Part shown: positions 1 through 13,025 of the stretch, in pieces
Numbering within the stretch: the first letter of the stretch is position 1
How the letters are laid out: every line of letters begins with the position of its first letter
NCBI GenBank assembly: GCA_037447605.1
Contig: CM074818.1
Span: 1 to 64,000, forward strand
Direction of reading: 5' to 3'
DNA length: 64,000 nucleotides
DNA from: Zygnema circumcarinatum SAG 698-1b
Taxonomy: Eukaryota; Plantae; Zygnematophyceae
Position numbers and translations under genes: made by a program
The notes under the pieces: generated by a model
What the model was told of the DNA's origin: nothing
What the model saw: only the letters and a program-made list of their open reading frames with translations
Database searches by the model: none

Positions 1-13
1 TAGAGGGAGAGAG

Positions 14-76
<63 letters not shown>
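1..76. repeat. (GA)n microsatellite at window start, in an intron of the GATA gene
   Basis: Direct inspection: near-pure GA dinucleotide run; follows the GT donor at 89/88 on the minus strand. Confidence 0.95.
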
Positions 77-80
<4 letters not shown>

Positions 81-89
81 GGTCCTGAC

Positions 90-3000
90 CTATCGCAGGC
101 ACACGTGGAGCTTCCTCTCCAGCCATTGATGCGTCGGCAAATGTCACGTCACGGCATAGCTTACATTTACAAGCGTTTCTCACGTCTTGCTGCCCAAAGA
201 AATCGCATCAAACACTAAAAAATCAACAAAAAAAATATCGACAATACAATTTTCAAATTCACTACCACAGATTTCCAGTCACAATAGAAAAGAAAAATTA
301 GAAGAAGTACCATTCTTCATCACACCCTCGTACTTCCAAAACTGGAGCAAAAATAACTACCCTCCCTTCCTCATTCTCCCCAAAAAAACAAGCAGCACAA
401 AAAACAAAAAAAAACAAAAAATCGTATGATTTGATTTCGGATATTCGTACCTTGATTGCGATTAGCGAAGTCCATTTCGCCATCCATCCCGACGCCGTCA
501 GATCGAGCGAATCCAACGACCGGAGTTGGCCGAAAACGGCCTTTGATTCCGCCACAAGCTGACACGTGTCCTCAATGGGCTCAAAGGCACCCTCCGCGAG
601 GAGGCGGCAAAAGTGAAGGAGAGCAGATTCGAACTGGGGACTGTCCATGAGGGCGACAATGCTGCCGGAGGGAGAGGGAGAGGGGGAGAGAGAGGGAGGG
701 GGGGGGAGGAGGAGGAGAAGGGGCAGGGAGAGGGGAAGAGGGAGGGGGAGGGGTAGGGTTAGGGAGCGAGTGGGAGAGGGGGAGGGGAACGTGGAGAGGG
801 AGAGGGGGAGAGAGAGGGAGGGGGGAGGAGGAGGAGAAGGGCAGGGAGAGGGAAGAGGGGAGGGAGGGGTGAGGTCAGGAGCGAGTGGGAGAGGGGAGGG
901 GAACGGGAGAGGGAGAGGGGAAGGGGAAGGAAAGGAGGGAGGGAGAGAGGCTGAGGGAAAGGAAGAAGGAGAGGAAGAGGGAGAGGGAGAGGGAGAGGAG
1001 AGGGAGAGGGAGAGGGAGAGGGAGAGGGAGAGGGAGGGAGAGAAAGAGGGAGAGGGAGAGGAGAGGGAGAGGGAGAGGAGAGGGAGAGGGAGAGGGAGAG
1101 GGAGAGGAGAGGAGAGGGAGAGGAGAGAAGGAGGGGAAAAGAGAGGGGACGGGAAGGTGGAGAGGGAGAGGGAGAAATGGTGAGAGAGGGAGAGGAGAGG
1201 GGGGAGGTGGAGGGCGAGGGGGAGAGGGAGTGGGCGGGGGGAAAAGGGAGGTGGAGGGGGACGGGACGCTGGAGGGGGAAGGGGAGGGGCAGAGGAAAAA
1301 GGTGAGAGAGAGGGAGGGAAAGGGGGAGGGGAAAGGGAAGGGGGAGGTTGAGGGGGGAGGGAGTGGAAGGGGAGAGAGTGGGGGAGGGAATCGGGGAGGG
1401 AGAGAGAGAAGTTTGAAAGAGAGTGGGAGGTGGGCTCCCGTATCATTGTTCCTTTGATCTCATTCCAAGCCAAATGCAGCAATCTAAAAAAGCTTTACTT
1501 GGACGGATGGCGAAAAAGAAGGAAGAAAACACCATAGGGCTTAGAATGTGAATTACTTCCAACTACTCAGATATTTGTACGGATTAAATTTTTGCGGTGA
1601 AAGTGACCTGTCTTGCCCGCGGGCTGTGTCCGGGGGAGGGAGCATTTGAAGGAGTCCCGCTCTCTCTGTTTGCGAGAGAAGGCCGAAGAAGGTTCGAGAA
1701 TTCACAATATCCTGCAGGGGGGAAAAAGTGGGCAGAGATAGTGTCAGGGCTTTGGAGAAATTAGGTTTGGTTAAGAAGGGTATTTCGGAATCGTTTTGAA
1801 CGTTTTGGAGATATAAGTTTAGTGTTAGGGTTTTGGAAGTTTTTGATATTGGGGGGGTTTGAAATTATGGGGTTAGTTTAGGGATTTTTGGGAGTTTTGG
1901 TTTTAATCTTTGGCGTTATCTAGGGTTCAGGGGCGGCAGCCACTCACCTTGAGGTTTGTGAAAACCAGAGGAGAGGAGGAGCTGTCCAGAACGGTCTGTC
2001 GGTTGTAGAGAAAATTGTCTCTGAGAGAGAGCCCAACACCAAGGCGTTGAAATGTAAGGAGGGGGAGGGGGAGNNNNNNNNNNGGGAAGGGGATTGAGAG
2101 GGGGAGGGGGATGGGGTAAAGGAATACAGGAAAGGGAAGTGTTGAGGAGGAAGTGAGGGAAAAAGGGTCGACATGAGTGGAACACAAGGAGTGGTAGAGG
2201 GAAAAAAAGTGAGAGGGCGTAGGAGATGGAGAGATGTCGAGAGGGTGAAGCAGCAATATATCACGTTTTGAACAAACAAAGTTGCACAAGCTCCTCAAAA
2301 GACCTTTTCTCTCTCTTCAAAGTAAGATCGATGGAGTTCAACTCACAACACTTCGTCTCCCTTCACATCTCCTCCTCTCCGCTTGTCCTCCAGTTTGAGA
2401 CTCCCTTCACTTGGCACCTTATGCAATAAGCCTCTCGTCTTCTTCCCTTCCTTGAAGCCCCTCAACCCCTTAACTCCCTTATAATTATAATCCTCTCTGT
2501 ACCCTTCCATAAACCCTCCGACTTCATGAGCTCTCTCTAGTGCATCCGATGAAGGCGTTCGAACCATCAAACTTCCGATTCCTATCTCCACAGAAACCAT
2601 GGGTGATGCATTATGCACGATAAGACCATCTCCAGATTCATCGTCCATCTCTCTCTCAATGTGGGAGTAAACTGAACTCGATTCTTCACTTAAAAAAGGA
2701 GAAGAATAGCTATGACATGCGGATTGCACAAGTCCTCGAGGTCGCCCTGTAGTCGATCGTTTCCGAGAGGGAACCGAAAAAGCAAGCGAGCCAAAACCTG
2801 AAGAAATAAACTCACATACAAGCATTCAGTATTACTCATATGTATGCTAGCATGAATGAAGGTGTTCATGTACGTATTTGAGTTGTTTATGAAAGTTTAT
2901 TCCTGTCCCACTTGTGCATAAAGGTAGCTACATACGCTTGTATGTATGAATGTATGTATGTATGTATGTATGTATGCCTGCACGAATGTATGCATGTACA

Positions 3001-4021
3001 TCTGGATGGGCGCATGGCAGCAAAATCCCACTCTTACCTCCCCCTTCCTCCCCAACATGAAGCTTTCCCATGGAGGCGCTCCGCCCGAGCCTCCCTCCAC
3101 ACTCCCTCCCTCTCTCACCCCTCTCACTCTCGTCCTCCTCCGAACCCTCCCACTCCTCAATCTCAACATTCTTCTCTCCGTACGACTCCTCCCTCCCGCA
3201 CTCATCCTCCACACTCTCCTCCGACGACATTGCAAAAACGCCCACTGGCTGCTTCCTCTTTAGGAGCCCTGAACCCTGAGACGGAGAAGCTCCCAGAAGG
3301 CTCCCCGAACCCTGCCGGGGCTTAGGCGCCCTAGGAGGCGGTTTTAGGGCTTTTCTTGATTTCGCCTTCGAGCCAGCGTAGCCCCCCAAGCCGAGCCCCC
3401 CTGCATGCAACGGCATGTAGTTCTGCAGAGTGCCACGTGTCCTCCACCGGGAGCCGCAGGCATTGCAGAGAACCGGCTTTTCTGGGGGGCCGTTCCGCCA
3501 CAGCGGTGTGGCTGTAGAGGCACCCGCCAAGAATGAGAATATCAAACCCTAATTTAGAGGTACAATTCCAACTCTCTCTCGAACCCTAATTCACACTCTC
3601 AAACCCTAATTTAAAAGGCATGATGCCAGCTGTCGCATGAAACCTGACTCAGAATCTGAAACCCTAATTCAGAGGTATGGTTCCAGCTGGCTAGCGCTAC
3701 GATATGATGCCCTAAGAGGCAAGGTATCAGCTGTCTCTAAAACTCTAGAACCTGGAACCCTAATTCAGAGACAAGTTGGTGTGAGGCAGAAAATCAGAGG
3801 GAGATGGAGGGAGAAGGACGGGGTGGAGAGAGAGGGGAGCAGAGGAAGAGGGACGGAGAGGGACAGCGAGAGAGGGAGGGAGCGAGAGAGGAAAGGGTGT
3901 TGAGAGAGACGGAGGAAAAAGACGAGGGAGGGAGAGAAAGGAACGGGAGGGGGAGGGGAGAGAGAGGGAGAGAGAGCTTACTTGAAATGCCGCAGTGTGT
4001 GCATGGACCCTGCTTCCCCAT
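90..4021 (-). CDS. GATA26: GATA zinc-finger transcription factor with C-terminal ASXH/DEUBAD-like domain (GATA26/27 class); 3' end lies beyond window start
   Basis: Exons with GT-AG ends and matching phases: 4021-3982, 3511-3038, 2797-~2348, ~2020-1948, 1711-1608, 661-451, 189-90. Spliced N-terminus [49 protein letters not shown]; also [14 protein letters not shown] and [20 protein letters not shown]. All match plant GATA26/27 as I recall them; the symbol means 26/27-like, not proven orthology. Confidence 0.9.
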
Positions 4022-5633
4022 GCTCTCCCACTCCTCCGACTACGCTCCTGTCCCTCAACCCTAATTCTGACCTCCCCGGCCCTCCTCCAATTCCTCCCTC
4101 CCGCATGCCCTCCCTTCCCCCTCTCCCTCCCCCTCCCCCTCTCCCTCTCCCTCTCCTTCTCCCTCCCCCTCTCCCTCACCCTCTCTTCCCCCCCCACTCT
4201 CCCTCTCCCTCTCCCTCCCTCCCCCCACCCCTCCCACCCCCCCCCACTCCCACCTCCCCCACTCCGCCCCTCCCTCCTCAGCCTCTTCTAAACCCTAACT
4301 CCAAGAGGTTCCCTGTTGCCAGTAGCGTTGCAGACCCTCCCCTTCGCCACGTGGCGCCCATTCCACGCTTCCCCTTCCTCCGCGCGCGCTCCAAGCGCCA
4401 CGTGGAAACAGGGAAGGAAAAAAATCTGGCCGGGGCGTCCAAACCGTATCTCGGATGAGGCTCGATATCCAATACGGGTTTCAGATTATCTAAATATTAC
4501 GATAATCTATATATCGGTATATCCCCCGATACAGAAGTGGAATCGCCGGCCGGCCAATCGCATGCTTCCCGCGTCCAAGTCGCCGGCCGGCCAATCGCAT
4601 GCTTCCGGCGTCCAAGTCGCCGGCCGGCTGCCGTCGCCGGCTGTTACCGGCAGCATTTGTACGGTGGGCCTTCTTGGGCCGGCCGCATTCGCAACGGGTT
4701 CAATCGGCCGGCAAGAAGTCGCGCCGGCCGACGCCATTCCGCTTGACCGTACCGTCCGGAAGTGCTAGTTCTGATGCCCTGCGCAGCCCGAATACTGCCT
4801 TCCCGTCAGGTGTGAACGCTAAAACGACGCAATAACTAGCTTGGGCGATCGCGTGTGAACGCGGAGAACGCCTGCCGCTCGTGCCAAGTGTGAACGCTTC
4901 GAAAGTAGTAGCAATGCAACCGTGCGATTATGATTCGTACCCAATAATTCGCCGTGTGAACGCACAAGCTGTTCCGTCGTTGTCCACAAGTGTGAACATG
5001 ACTTGGGAGAACGGATAGCAGGATAGGACAATGCAGCACCGTACTGTATGCCACAGTTAGGGATGGCAGAAGTCCATACACGGGACTTTTGGAGTTTTAG
5101 ATTTCAGTATTACAACGTTCTAATAGAGGTTGTCAGACATTAACAAAAAGTTAACGAAAAGTTCGTAATCAGTATTGCGAAACGAAATGCTACTGATGAT
5201 TGATAGCGATTGCTTTGCCGAACCTGAACCGAACCTGTTACAAGTCAACCGTGCGAAAAGTGCAAGTCCACTTTACGGACGGCGCGCCCCAAAACTTACT
5301 GACCGTACAGCTCATCTATAACGAATTCGTCCCTATTTTTTACGGACTACCCAACGGTACTTTCTACGTAATCGCTGTTGAGGGCTATAACCTTTAACCA
5401 GTGTAAGTGGAGTGTAAGCACTTCCTCCCGCCCTCCCTATCCAGTTGTGGTCTTTGCTGCCTTTTCTTGCCCTCTTCATCCCTCCCTCTCCTTCGTTCCA
5501 CCTCTCCCTCTCCCTCCCACTCCCTCTACCTCTCCCTCGTTCCTTCTCTCCCTCTCCCTCCCTCTCCCTCCCTCTCCCACTTTTCCTCTACTTCTAGCTA
5601 TCCATCAGCCCCTCTGCTTCAAGTGATAGGCCC

Positions 5634-8600
5634 ATGTCTTGCCGCGGGAAAGCGCCAGCTGTAGAGGATCAAGACCTAGTCACTTCTCTGAAAGACATCC
5701 TGCTGCCTCCTCCTCCCTCCTTCTCTCGTATTCACTCCCCCGCCATGGCTGCACACCTTCCAAGTCCCTCAGACAGCAGCAACTCTAACCCTACGCCTTC
5801 CGCTGAGCCTGCAGCCGTCGATTGGAGCCAGTGGGAGCGCTTTGTAGAGAACGCTTTCGATGAAGAGAGCACTCAGAATGCAGAACAAAGAGAAGTTCAG
5901 AGAGGGAGGGAGGGAGAGAGGGAGGGAGAGAGGGAGGGAGGGAGAAGGGACGTGAGGCTGACGGCGACGGAATATGAAGTTCTTGGGAACTTGTTGGACG
6001 CCTTTCCCGGGATAGACCTTGAGGACATGGCCTCTGCGTATGTTATCTCCGGCAAGGACCCGAACTTCACTGCGGAAATCCTCTCAGGAAGAGCCTTGGA
6101 CCCTCTCATGTCATCGTCGCCTTCCAAGACTTTGAATGCTGCTGTTGCAGGACATGCTCGCATGCCTCATCCAATGGACGGTGCTGCCACGCATCATGTT
6201 GGGAGAGAGAGAAGTTGTGAAGACATTTTGGATGATGATGATGATGATGATGATGATTGGCTGCTTTCGAGGGCGAGCAGTTCGCCTCATACGAAGGTTC
6301 AGAATGTAACGAATAGAGAAGTGGGGAGAGGAGTGGGAGGAGAGAGAAGAGAGGGAGGAGAGGTACGGGAGGCGAGGGAGGACGCGCAGGAACGTGCAGC
6401 CGTGTCCTTTCTTTACTCCATGTTTGGGGAGGAGCTCGGACTTGGGATGGGCATCATTCAAGATGTTTATGGTATGCGCTTTTCAGATTCTTTCGGAGAG
6501 GGAGAGAAGAGGGTTAAAGGGGGAGGGGGAGGGGGAGGGGGAATGAGAGCGGGAGTGAGGGAGGAGGTGGATAATTTTTAGAAGCCGTTTTTTGGCATAA
6601 TACCATGCGATCAAGTAGCCGTTTAACAAAATCATATCAATGCTATAGTGGTTCCAAACTGAAAAGGTTTCCAATTTGTGTGGCCGTTATTCATAAAGAC
6701 ATAAGCAAAGACATAGACATAGACATAGACATAGACATAGACATAGACATAGACATAGACATAGACATAGACGTAGGCATTTTTTTTTGAAAGAGACATC
6801 GAAAAGTACTTCTAATGAATGCCAAACTTCATCCTCTGGCAGATGGTTGCGGTGGCGAGGTCAACAAAGTGAGTGGACCTATTCTTGTGTAGCTGGATCC
6901 TGATTCCAATCATTTTTTCGTCGCGGAGATGCACATCAGCAACACATGCCTTACAGTCTTTGTGTGCACGTTTTTTTTTTTAGGGTCAAGCTATCAATAA
7001 AACTGAAACCTACGCACCTTTTCCCTTTGCTTCTTCAACATGAATGCGCATCTTCTTTTTCCCTCGCCATGCTGTGCTTTATCTTCTCAATCTTCGGTTA
7101 ATAATGTTGAACGTGTTAGTGATATTGGACGTGTTGGTGCAGAGCTCAGAGCTCCTTCTAAAGTTAACTGAAGGATGTGAGCAACCACTTTCCATGTCGA
7201 CCCTTTCCATGTCTCAAGTTTCCCGATCCGTTACGGAGGAAGCAGACGCAGCGCTTCTATGTCTCCTCGGCGCCTTTCCAGAGGAGGAACCGGAGTTCAT
7301 TATAGCCACTTTTCAGGTTTTCTTGGGGGTTTTCTACTTTTCTCTCTATGTGTTTAAGATTTAAGATTTAAACTTTTAGATTCATGGTTGTTGGGACCCT
7401 GCATTCTTCTGGAGGTTTAGTGTTGTTGTTCTCATAAAAAATGAAAGCGTTTCTCTCTCTCGCTCTCCCTCCTCTCGTCTCTTCTTTACTTGCCTCTATC
7501 GCCATTCTCTCCCTATCCTTCTGTCCTCTCCTATTCTTTCCCTTTACTTGTATCACCATATCTTTCCGTGTCCCTCCTCTCTATTCTCTCCTTTCCTCTC
7601 CCTCTACTTGCCTCTATTGGCAACTCTCTGCCACTCCCTCCAGTCTTCCGTTGCCTCTCTCCCTCGTCTTTTTTTATTACACGCGCACGTCAATCTCGTG
7701 ATGGTTTGATGATATTTTTTTTCTTTTGAAGGGTCCAGAAATGTAATGAAGATGCTGGCAGCGCAGCAGCAGCTCTTTTAGCTGCCAGCTCGGAGGAAGC
7801 TGAAGAAGAAAGTGATCCACTTTGGAAGGTATGTTTCTAGACAAAAAAGGAAATCGAACAGCTTTTTTGTTAGTTTTCTGTAGCGTCCCATATATGAGTG
7901 CTCATGTGTTAGGTAATCTGGAGTGTTTCTTTATCAATATTATTATTGTTATCATTATTGTTCTTGTTATTTACAGGTTCTGCTGTGGGCATGTGAACGG
8001 CACAGGCCAACTTTGAGGTGCTGGAGAAAGCCTTCCCACTCGTCAGTTCCGATATCCTCAAAAGTGTTTTGCGAGCCGCTAACAATAGCGTGAGGTACAG
8101 TACAGCTTCTTGGAGACAAAAAAACTAAGAATAAGGCATGAAATACTCCCACATAACCCTAAAAAGTGTTCTGAATAGTAAAAGAAATTTAATGCTTGTA
8201 TGTTTTAAACCTATTTGCATTATAAAGGACTATCAAATAATGAGCTTTGCGATGTGAAAGAAAAGATAAAACACAAGGCTGCTCGGATTCAATCGCCCGG
8301 TAAAGTAGCTTTCACGAGTTCCGGAAATTATGTAGAGGTTGAAGAATACTAGAAGTGCACATGCGAGCCGAGATGAAAACACCTGAAAAGGTTGAAGTCT
8401 TGAAAAACGGGAAGGCGGTGAAAAGAAAGAGGGGGAGAAAGGAACACGTAGTTGACGATTCAAATCGGGAATTAAAGGATTGAAGGACTTGTATCATGAC
8501 CATATAGGGCAATAAATTAGGACGAAAACAGCAAACGAGTGTGAGAGGGGGAAGGGAGGGAGAGAGAGGGGTAGGCGGTGAGGGAGGGAGGAAAGGGGAG

Positions 8601-10555
8601 GAGGGTAGCGGAGGGGGGAGAGAGAGACAGAGATAGATAGATAGAGAAGGAGCGATGGGGAGGGGGAGCGGGGAGTGGGGAGGTGGAGCGGGGAGTGGAG
8701 AGGGGGTGAAGGAGTGAAGATGTGAGGGAGAGGGCGAAGAGGGAGAGGGAGAGGGGGAGGGAGGGGGGGAGGGAGGGGGGAATGGCGAAAGAGAGGAAGA
8801 AAGGAGAGGAGGGCGAGAGAGAGTGGGAGGATTGGGCGAGAGTGGGAGGATTGGGCGATAGTTGGAGGTGGAGAAGGGGCGAGGGAGAAGGGGAGAGTGG
8901 GAGAGGGGGAGAGAGAGGAGGGGAGAAAGGGGGAGAGTTGGAGAGGGGAGAGGTGCTGAGGGAGTGAGGGAGAGAGAGCGCGGGTGGGAAGGGAGGGAGA
9001 CGGAGAGGTGGGTGGTGGGGGAGTAAGAGTAAGATTAATGGGAAGGTCTAGACAAGGAGGCTTCATTTTTCCTTTTTTCTTTTTAAACCAAATAGCGTCT
9101 CCTGTTACTGCGTTTCTGCAGAGGTGCGTCCGATATGTTGAAAGAGTCAGGAGTGCATCCTGTTTCAGGACATCACATGATGTCGGCCTGGAGTGATGTT
9201 CCGATTCCGCCTACATCAACAAGTGTTAGCATAACAAGAGACTTAGATTTCCCTCCGCCAAAAATGGAAAAGGACCGGAAAGTAAACGAGGAACGTCGGG
9301 ACAAAACAAGTAGGTCAATCCTCATTATTGCTGCTATTATTAGCATCACTACTATGGCCACTATTTTATTGTTATTCTCCATTGCATATCACTTTTTACT
9401 TGGCATTTTATTTTGCAGAGTTCTGTTGGAATAACTAATAGTGTCTTGTGAGTTTATTTTACACTATTTCTTTTTATTTCTTTCACTTCTCTTCTTCGGG
9501 TTTATGTACTCAGGCGAACGTCGGGACGATCTTTATTCCACTGAGCGGAAAGATGCAGAGAACTTTGCAAAAATGCGGCACTTTTACTTTACTGAGGTAT
9601 GGACATCGCTATCCCCCTCTTGCTTAATGTCCCTGTTCGCTTCTTCGCTCTCTCTCCGCCGCACCATCGTTTCACTTGGATATCAATTTCCCCTTCCCCC
9701 CTCCCGCTCTCGCCTGCTTCTCGCTTTCTAACTTCTTCCCCCTCTCCCCTTCCGCCTCCTACTCTCTCTACCTCTCCGGTTTCACTTCTCCTCTCCTCCT
9801 ACTGGATCTACTCTCACCACTGCTTTCTCACTTTTGCACTTGTGCCTCTTCCGCCTCTGCCTCTCTCTCCCTCTCTCTATATCTCTCTTCCACTCGTTCT
9901 GCCTGTCCCTCCCTCCCTCCCTCCCTCCCCTCCCTNNNNNNNNNNTCCCTCCCTCCCTCCCTCCTCGTCATCTCTTCCAGGCCGCCAAGGCGTATCGCAA
10001 AGGAAACAAGGCTGTAGCCGCGAGTCTGAGCAGCGAGGTTTGTTTTTGAGCTCCATTTTATTGACTTCCTTGTTTTCCAATCGTTTTCTTAATTTCGTGA
10101 GTTTAATGCTTTTATACCGTTGTGAAAAATTATCGAATTCACAGATTTTTCTTCACATCGCTTGTGGTGAGGACTTATTCCAAAAAAAAAGTTAATTCAT
10201 TATGTTTGTCGTATCTTTTGTTTTTTTTTCTTACTTTTTTTTCGATTCCTTTTTGCTTTGCAGGGCCATAGGTACAGTAATCTTCTAAAGGCAGCAAACA
10301 AGGCTGCTTCGGAACGTCTTCTGAAAATAACGTGAGTCCATTGAAGCCGTAGCAGCAGACAACTTCGAAAATTATCCAAATTAGGATAAAAAAGGGTCGG
10401 TATTTTGTCATTGCGAGAAAAGTACCCCTGAAAATGAAACTCCCTACACACGTATGTTTCCCTTTCTCAACACTTGTTATAAAAAAAAAAAAAAAAAATG
10501 ATGTCTTCTCTCGTCCTCACTCCATCCCCCTCCCCATTTCCTCTCCTCTCCTCTC

Positions 10556-10591
<36 letters not shown>

Positions 10592-11992
10592 CCTCTCCTC
10601 CCCTCTCTTTCTTTCCCCCTTCCTCCCCTCCCCTCGTTCCCCTCCGTCCCTCTCCCACTTCCCCTCTCTTTCCCCCACCCTCCCCTCTTCGCTCACATTT
10701 TTTGTGTGAGCTTAGATCTTCTTAAAAAAAATCCCAAGGTCCATTTGTGTGTGCTTATTTCTATTTTTTTTTTCCTTCGAAACTGTGCAGGAATAGTGAA
10801 AACCGAACAAATTTGAAGCTCGATCTGCACTATTTACACGTGGAAGATGCGATTTCAGAAGTTGAATCGCATGTGGAATCGCTGCGGCGTTTGTCTTCTA
10901 GTGAGTCCACCATTGACCCTCTGTTGACTCAATGTAATGCTAACCTTTTTGCACATTCTTGCTTTAATTTTGAGTAATTTTGTAACGTGCACATCTGTTG
11001 GACCGCACAGACATTTTTTTTGTGGAAAATTGACTGCTGACTTTGGAACAAGAGAAAGGCATAGAAATTGTTTAGAGATGTGCATTTCTGAGAAGTGAAG
11101 AAATTTTTGTATTGATGTGTTTTATTTTGATTTTTTTCTGGGTCCTCTTTTACGGCGAGGAGTGATTGCTGGAAGGACTGAATTTATCAGATTTTCTATT
11201 CTTTGTTTTTTGGCAGCCGTGGAATCGCTGGAGATTGTGACTGGAAAAGGTCTCCATAGCTCCGGTCGATCCGCTAAAATCAAACCGGCTGTGAGCTCTC
11301 ACTCTCGTTCTTTCTCTGCCTTCGCTATCTCCTTTCGCTCGCCCTCTCTCCCTTTTCCTCTCTCTTGCGACCTCCCTCTCGCACTTTCCCTCTCACTTTC
11401 GTTCCTCTCGTTCTTGAGCTTTCTCTCTTCCTCTCCTACTCCCCCCTTTCCCCCTTTCCCTGCCCCTGCCTCCCACTCCATTCATCTCCCTCCCCCTCCC
11501 CCCCTCCCCACCCCTCTTTCCATCTCCCACTCCCTCTCCCCCTCCCCTTCCCCCCTCCCACCTCCCTATTCGTCCATCTTCCTCTCCCTCCCCCCGTCCT
11601 CTTCGCCTTTGTCCCCTTCGTCCCCTTCCCCCCCTCCCTCTCTTCCATCGCCCTCTCCCTCTCCCTCTACCCCTCCCCCCTCTCCGTCCCCCTCCCCCTC
11701 CCACTCCTTTCTCTCCCTCTCCCTTCACCTCCCCTCCTCCCCTACCCCTCCTCCCCCCTCCCCCACTCCCCCTGCCCCCTCCCCCTGCTCCCTCCCTGTC
11801 CCCCCCAGTGTCTCCTTCCCTCCTCTCCCGCTCTCTCCCTCCATGTGCCCAGCCAATTGAAGGGGCCTCTCTGGGCTGCAGGTGGAGGAGTATCTGAGCC
11901 GAGCGGACGTGGAGTGGTCGCGGCATCCCTCCAATCCGGGCGTCCTCGTGGTTTACTTCGGCGCCTCGGGGAATCGTGCTGCGTGCCCGTGA
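5634..11992 (+). CDS. Multi-CUE + DUF1771 + Smr domain protein (Cue2/N4BP2-like putative ribosome-collision endonuclease)
   Basis: About 12 exons with consistent phases (5634-6471, 6843-6868, 7141-7316, 7739-7828, ~8009-8093, 9122-~9310, ~9513-9597, ~9980-10036, ~10262-10331, ~10791-10899, ~11217-11290, 11882-11992). DUF1771-like AAKAYRKGNKAVAASLSSEGHRY; Smr motifs LDLHYLHVEDAI, EIVTGKGLHS, NPGVLVV; TGA at 11990-11992. Confidence 0.85.
6710..6769. repeat. (GACATA)10 hexanucleotide microsatellite in an intron
   Basis: Direct count: 60 bp of perfect GACATA units. Confidence 0.95.
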
Positions 11993-13025
11993 GGGTGTAG
12001 GGTTCAGGGTTTTTACTTTCTTTAGAGCTAGCTTTTAGGGCCTTTAGGTTTTTCAGCTTTGCGTCACATAGAGTTTGAGAGCTTCAACAGCTTGGTTAGC
12101 AACAAGAGGCTACTGTCCTTTCCGGCCACAAAATTTTTCCAATTGGTTCCTGAGGCAACTCGTTGATTTTGCATACATCATCTTTTCGCTCGACTCACAA
12201 ACGTTGTGCCTTTAGTGATGATACTTATCCGGTAGAGGCACGACATTGGCACCATAAGGGCACCGCACAGAGCAAATAAATTCGGTGGGCTGGGAAGACG
12301 AGTGTTCCTGTTTTTATTATTTGTTTATTTATTTTTAACAGCGGCCAACTTTTCCTTGCCGTCAGAACTTGTTCTTCAGAGGAGATGACCTTTTCTGCGG
12401 ACGTCATTCAATGACGTCAGCATCAACCGTGTGTAGGGCTTTGTAGTTCCTCACGAAACGATTCCTAACCAAGAACCTTAACTGACTAACCCCCCAACCC
12501 AAAACCTTCACCCAAGTATGGCCAGAAATAGACTGAAGATAAATGTGGGTTAAAATGCAGCTCGCATTCGAGAAGTGAGGGACGTTTGTGACTGAGATTG
12601 CGTGATGTTACGAAAACCTAACCAGTTTTTAGGTGTGTTTTAGTCAGTTTTTGAGGTAAAATCCATAGTTGATGGCTCTAAAGCCCTGGAAATCCTTAAA
12701 CCAGGTGAGAAAATCAGATGAACCAACGTGCTGCAAAGTCTCTGAACCCAGCGCTGCGCCAAAGAATCAAAATGCGAATGCCAAAAATAGGTCAAACTGC
12801 ATTTTGTTTTGTTTACGTCCAAAAACGTCCCTACAACAAAACACAAGTTTTACTGCCCCCCTTTCTGCATCAACACCCTGAAACCCTAAAACCCGAAACC
12901 CTTTTACCGCTTCCCGGACACTGTACATTCCGTACTGAGTGAAAAACAAAAAAAAATGTCCAAAAGAATCTGCCAACAGTTTCTATTTTATTTCAGCAAA
13001 GCCCTGAAACCAAAGCAGGTCGTCT

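Noticed and set aside
647-1482. Pro/Ser/Leu-rich or Gly/Glu/Arg-rich ORFs here and at 8.5, 11.3, 13.5, 20, 25 and 48.6 kb (extensin-like appearance)
   Set aside because: They coincide with purine/pyrimidine-biased intron or intergenic filler bounded by splice sites of recognised genes, and are open in several frames for compositional reasons.
4810-4999. Repeat-spacer pattern as a possible CRISPR array
   Set aside because: The repeat is only 8-10 bp, spacing is irregular, there are no cas genes, and the context is eukaryotic.
12215-12320. GTGATGA as a C box of a possible C/D snoRNA
   Set aside because: No D box (CTGA) or terminal stem at a suitable distance.
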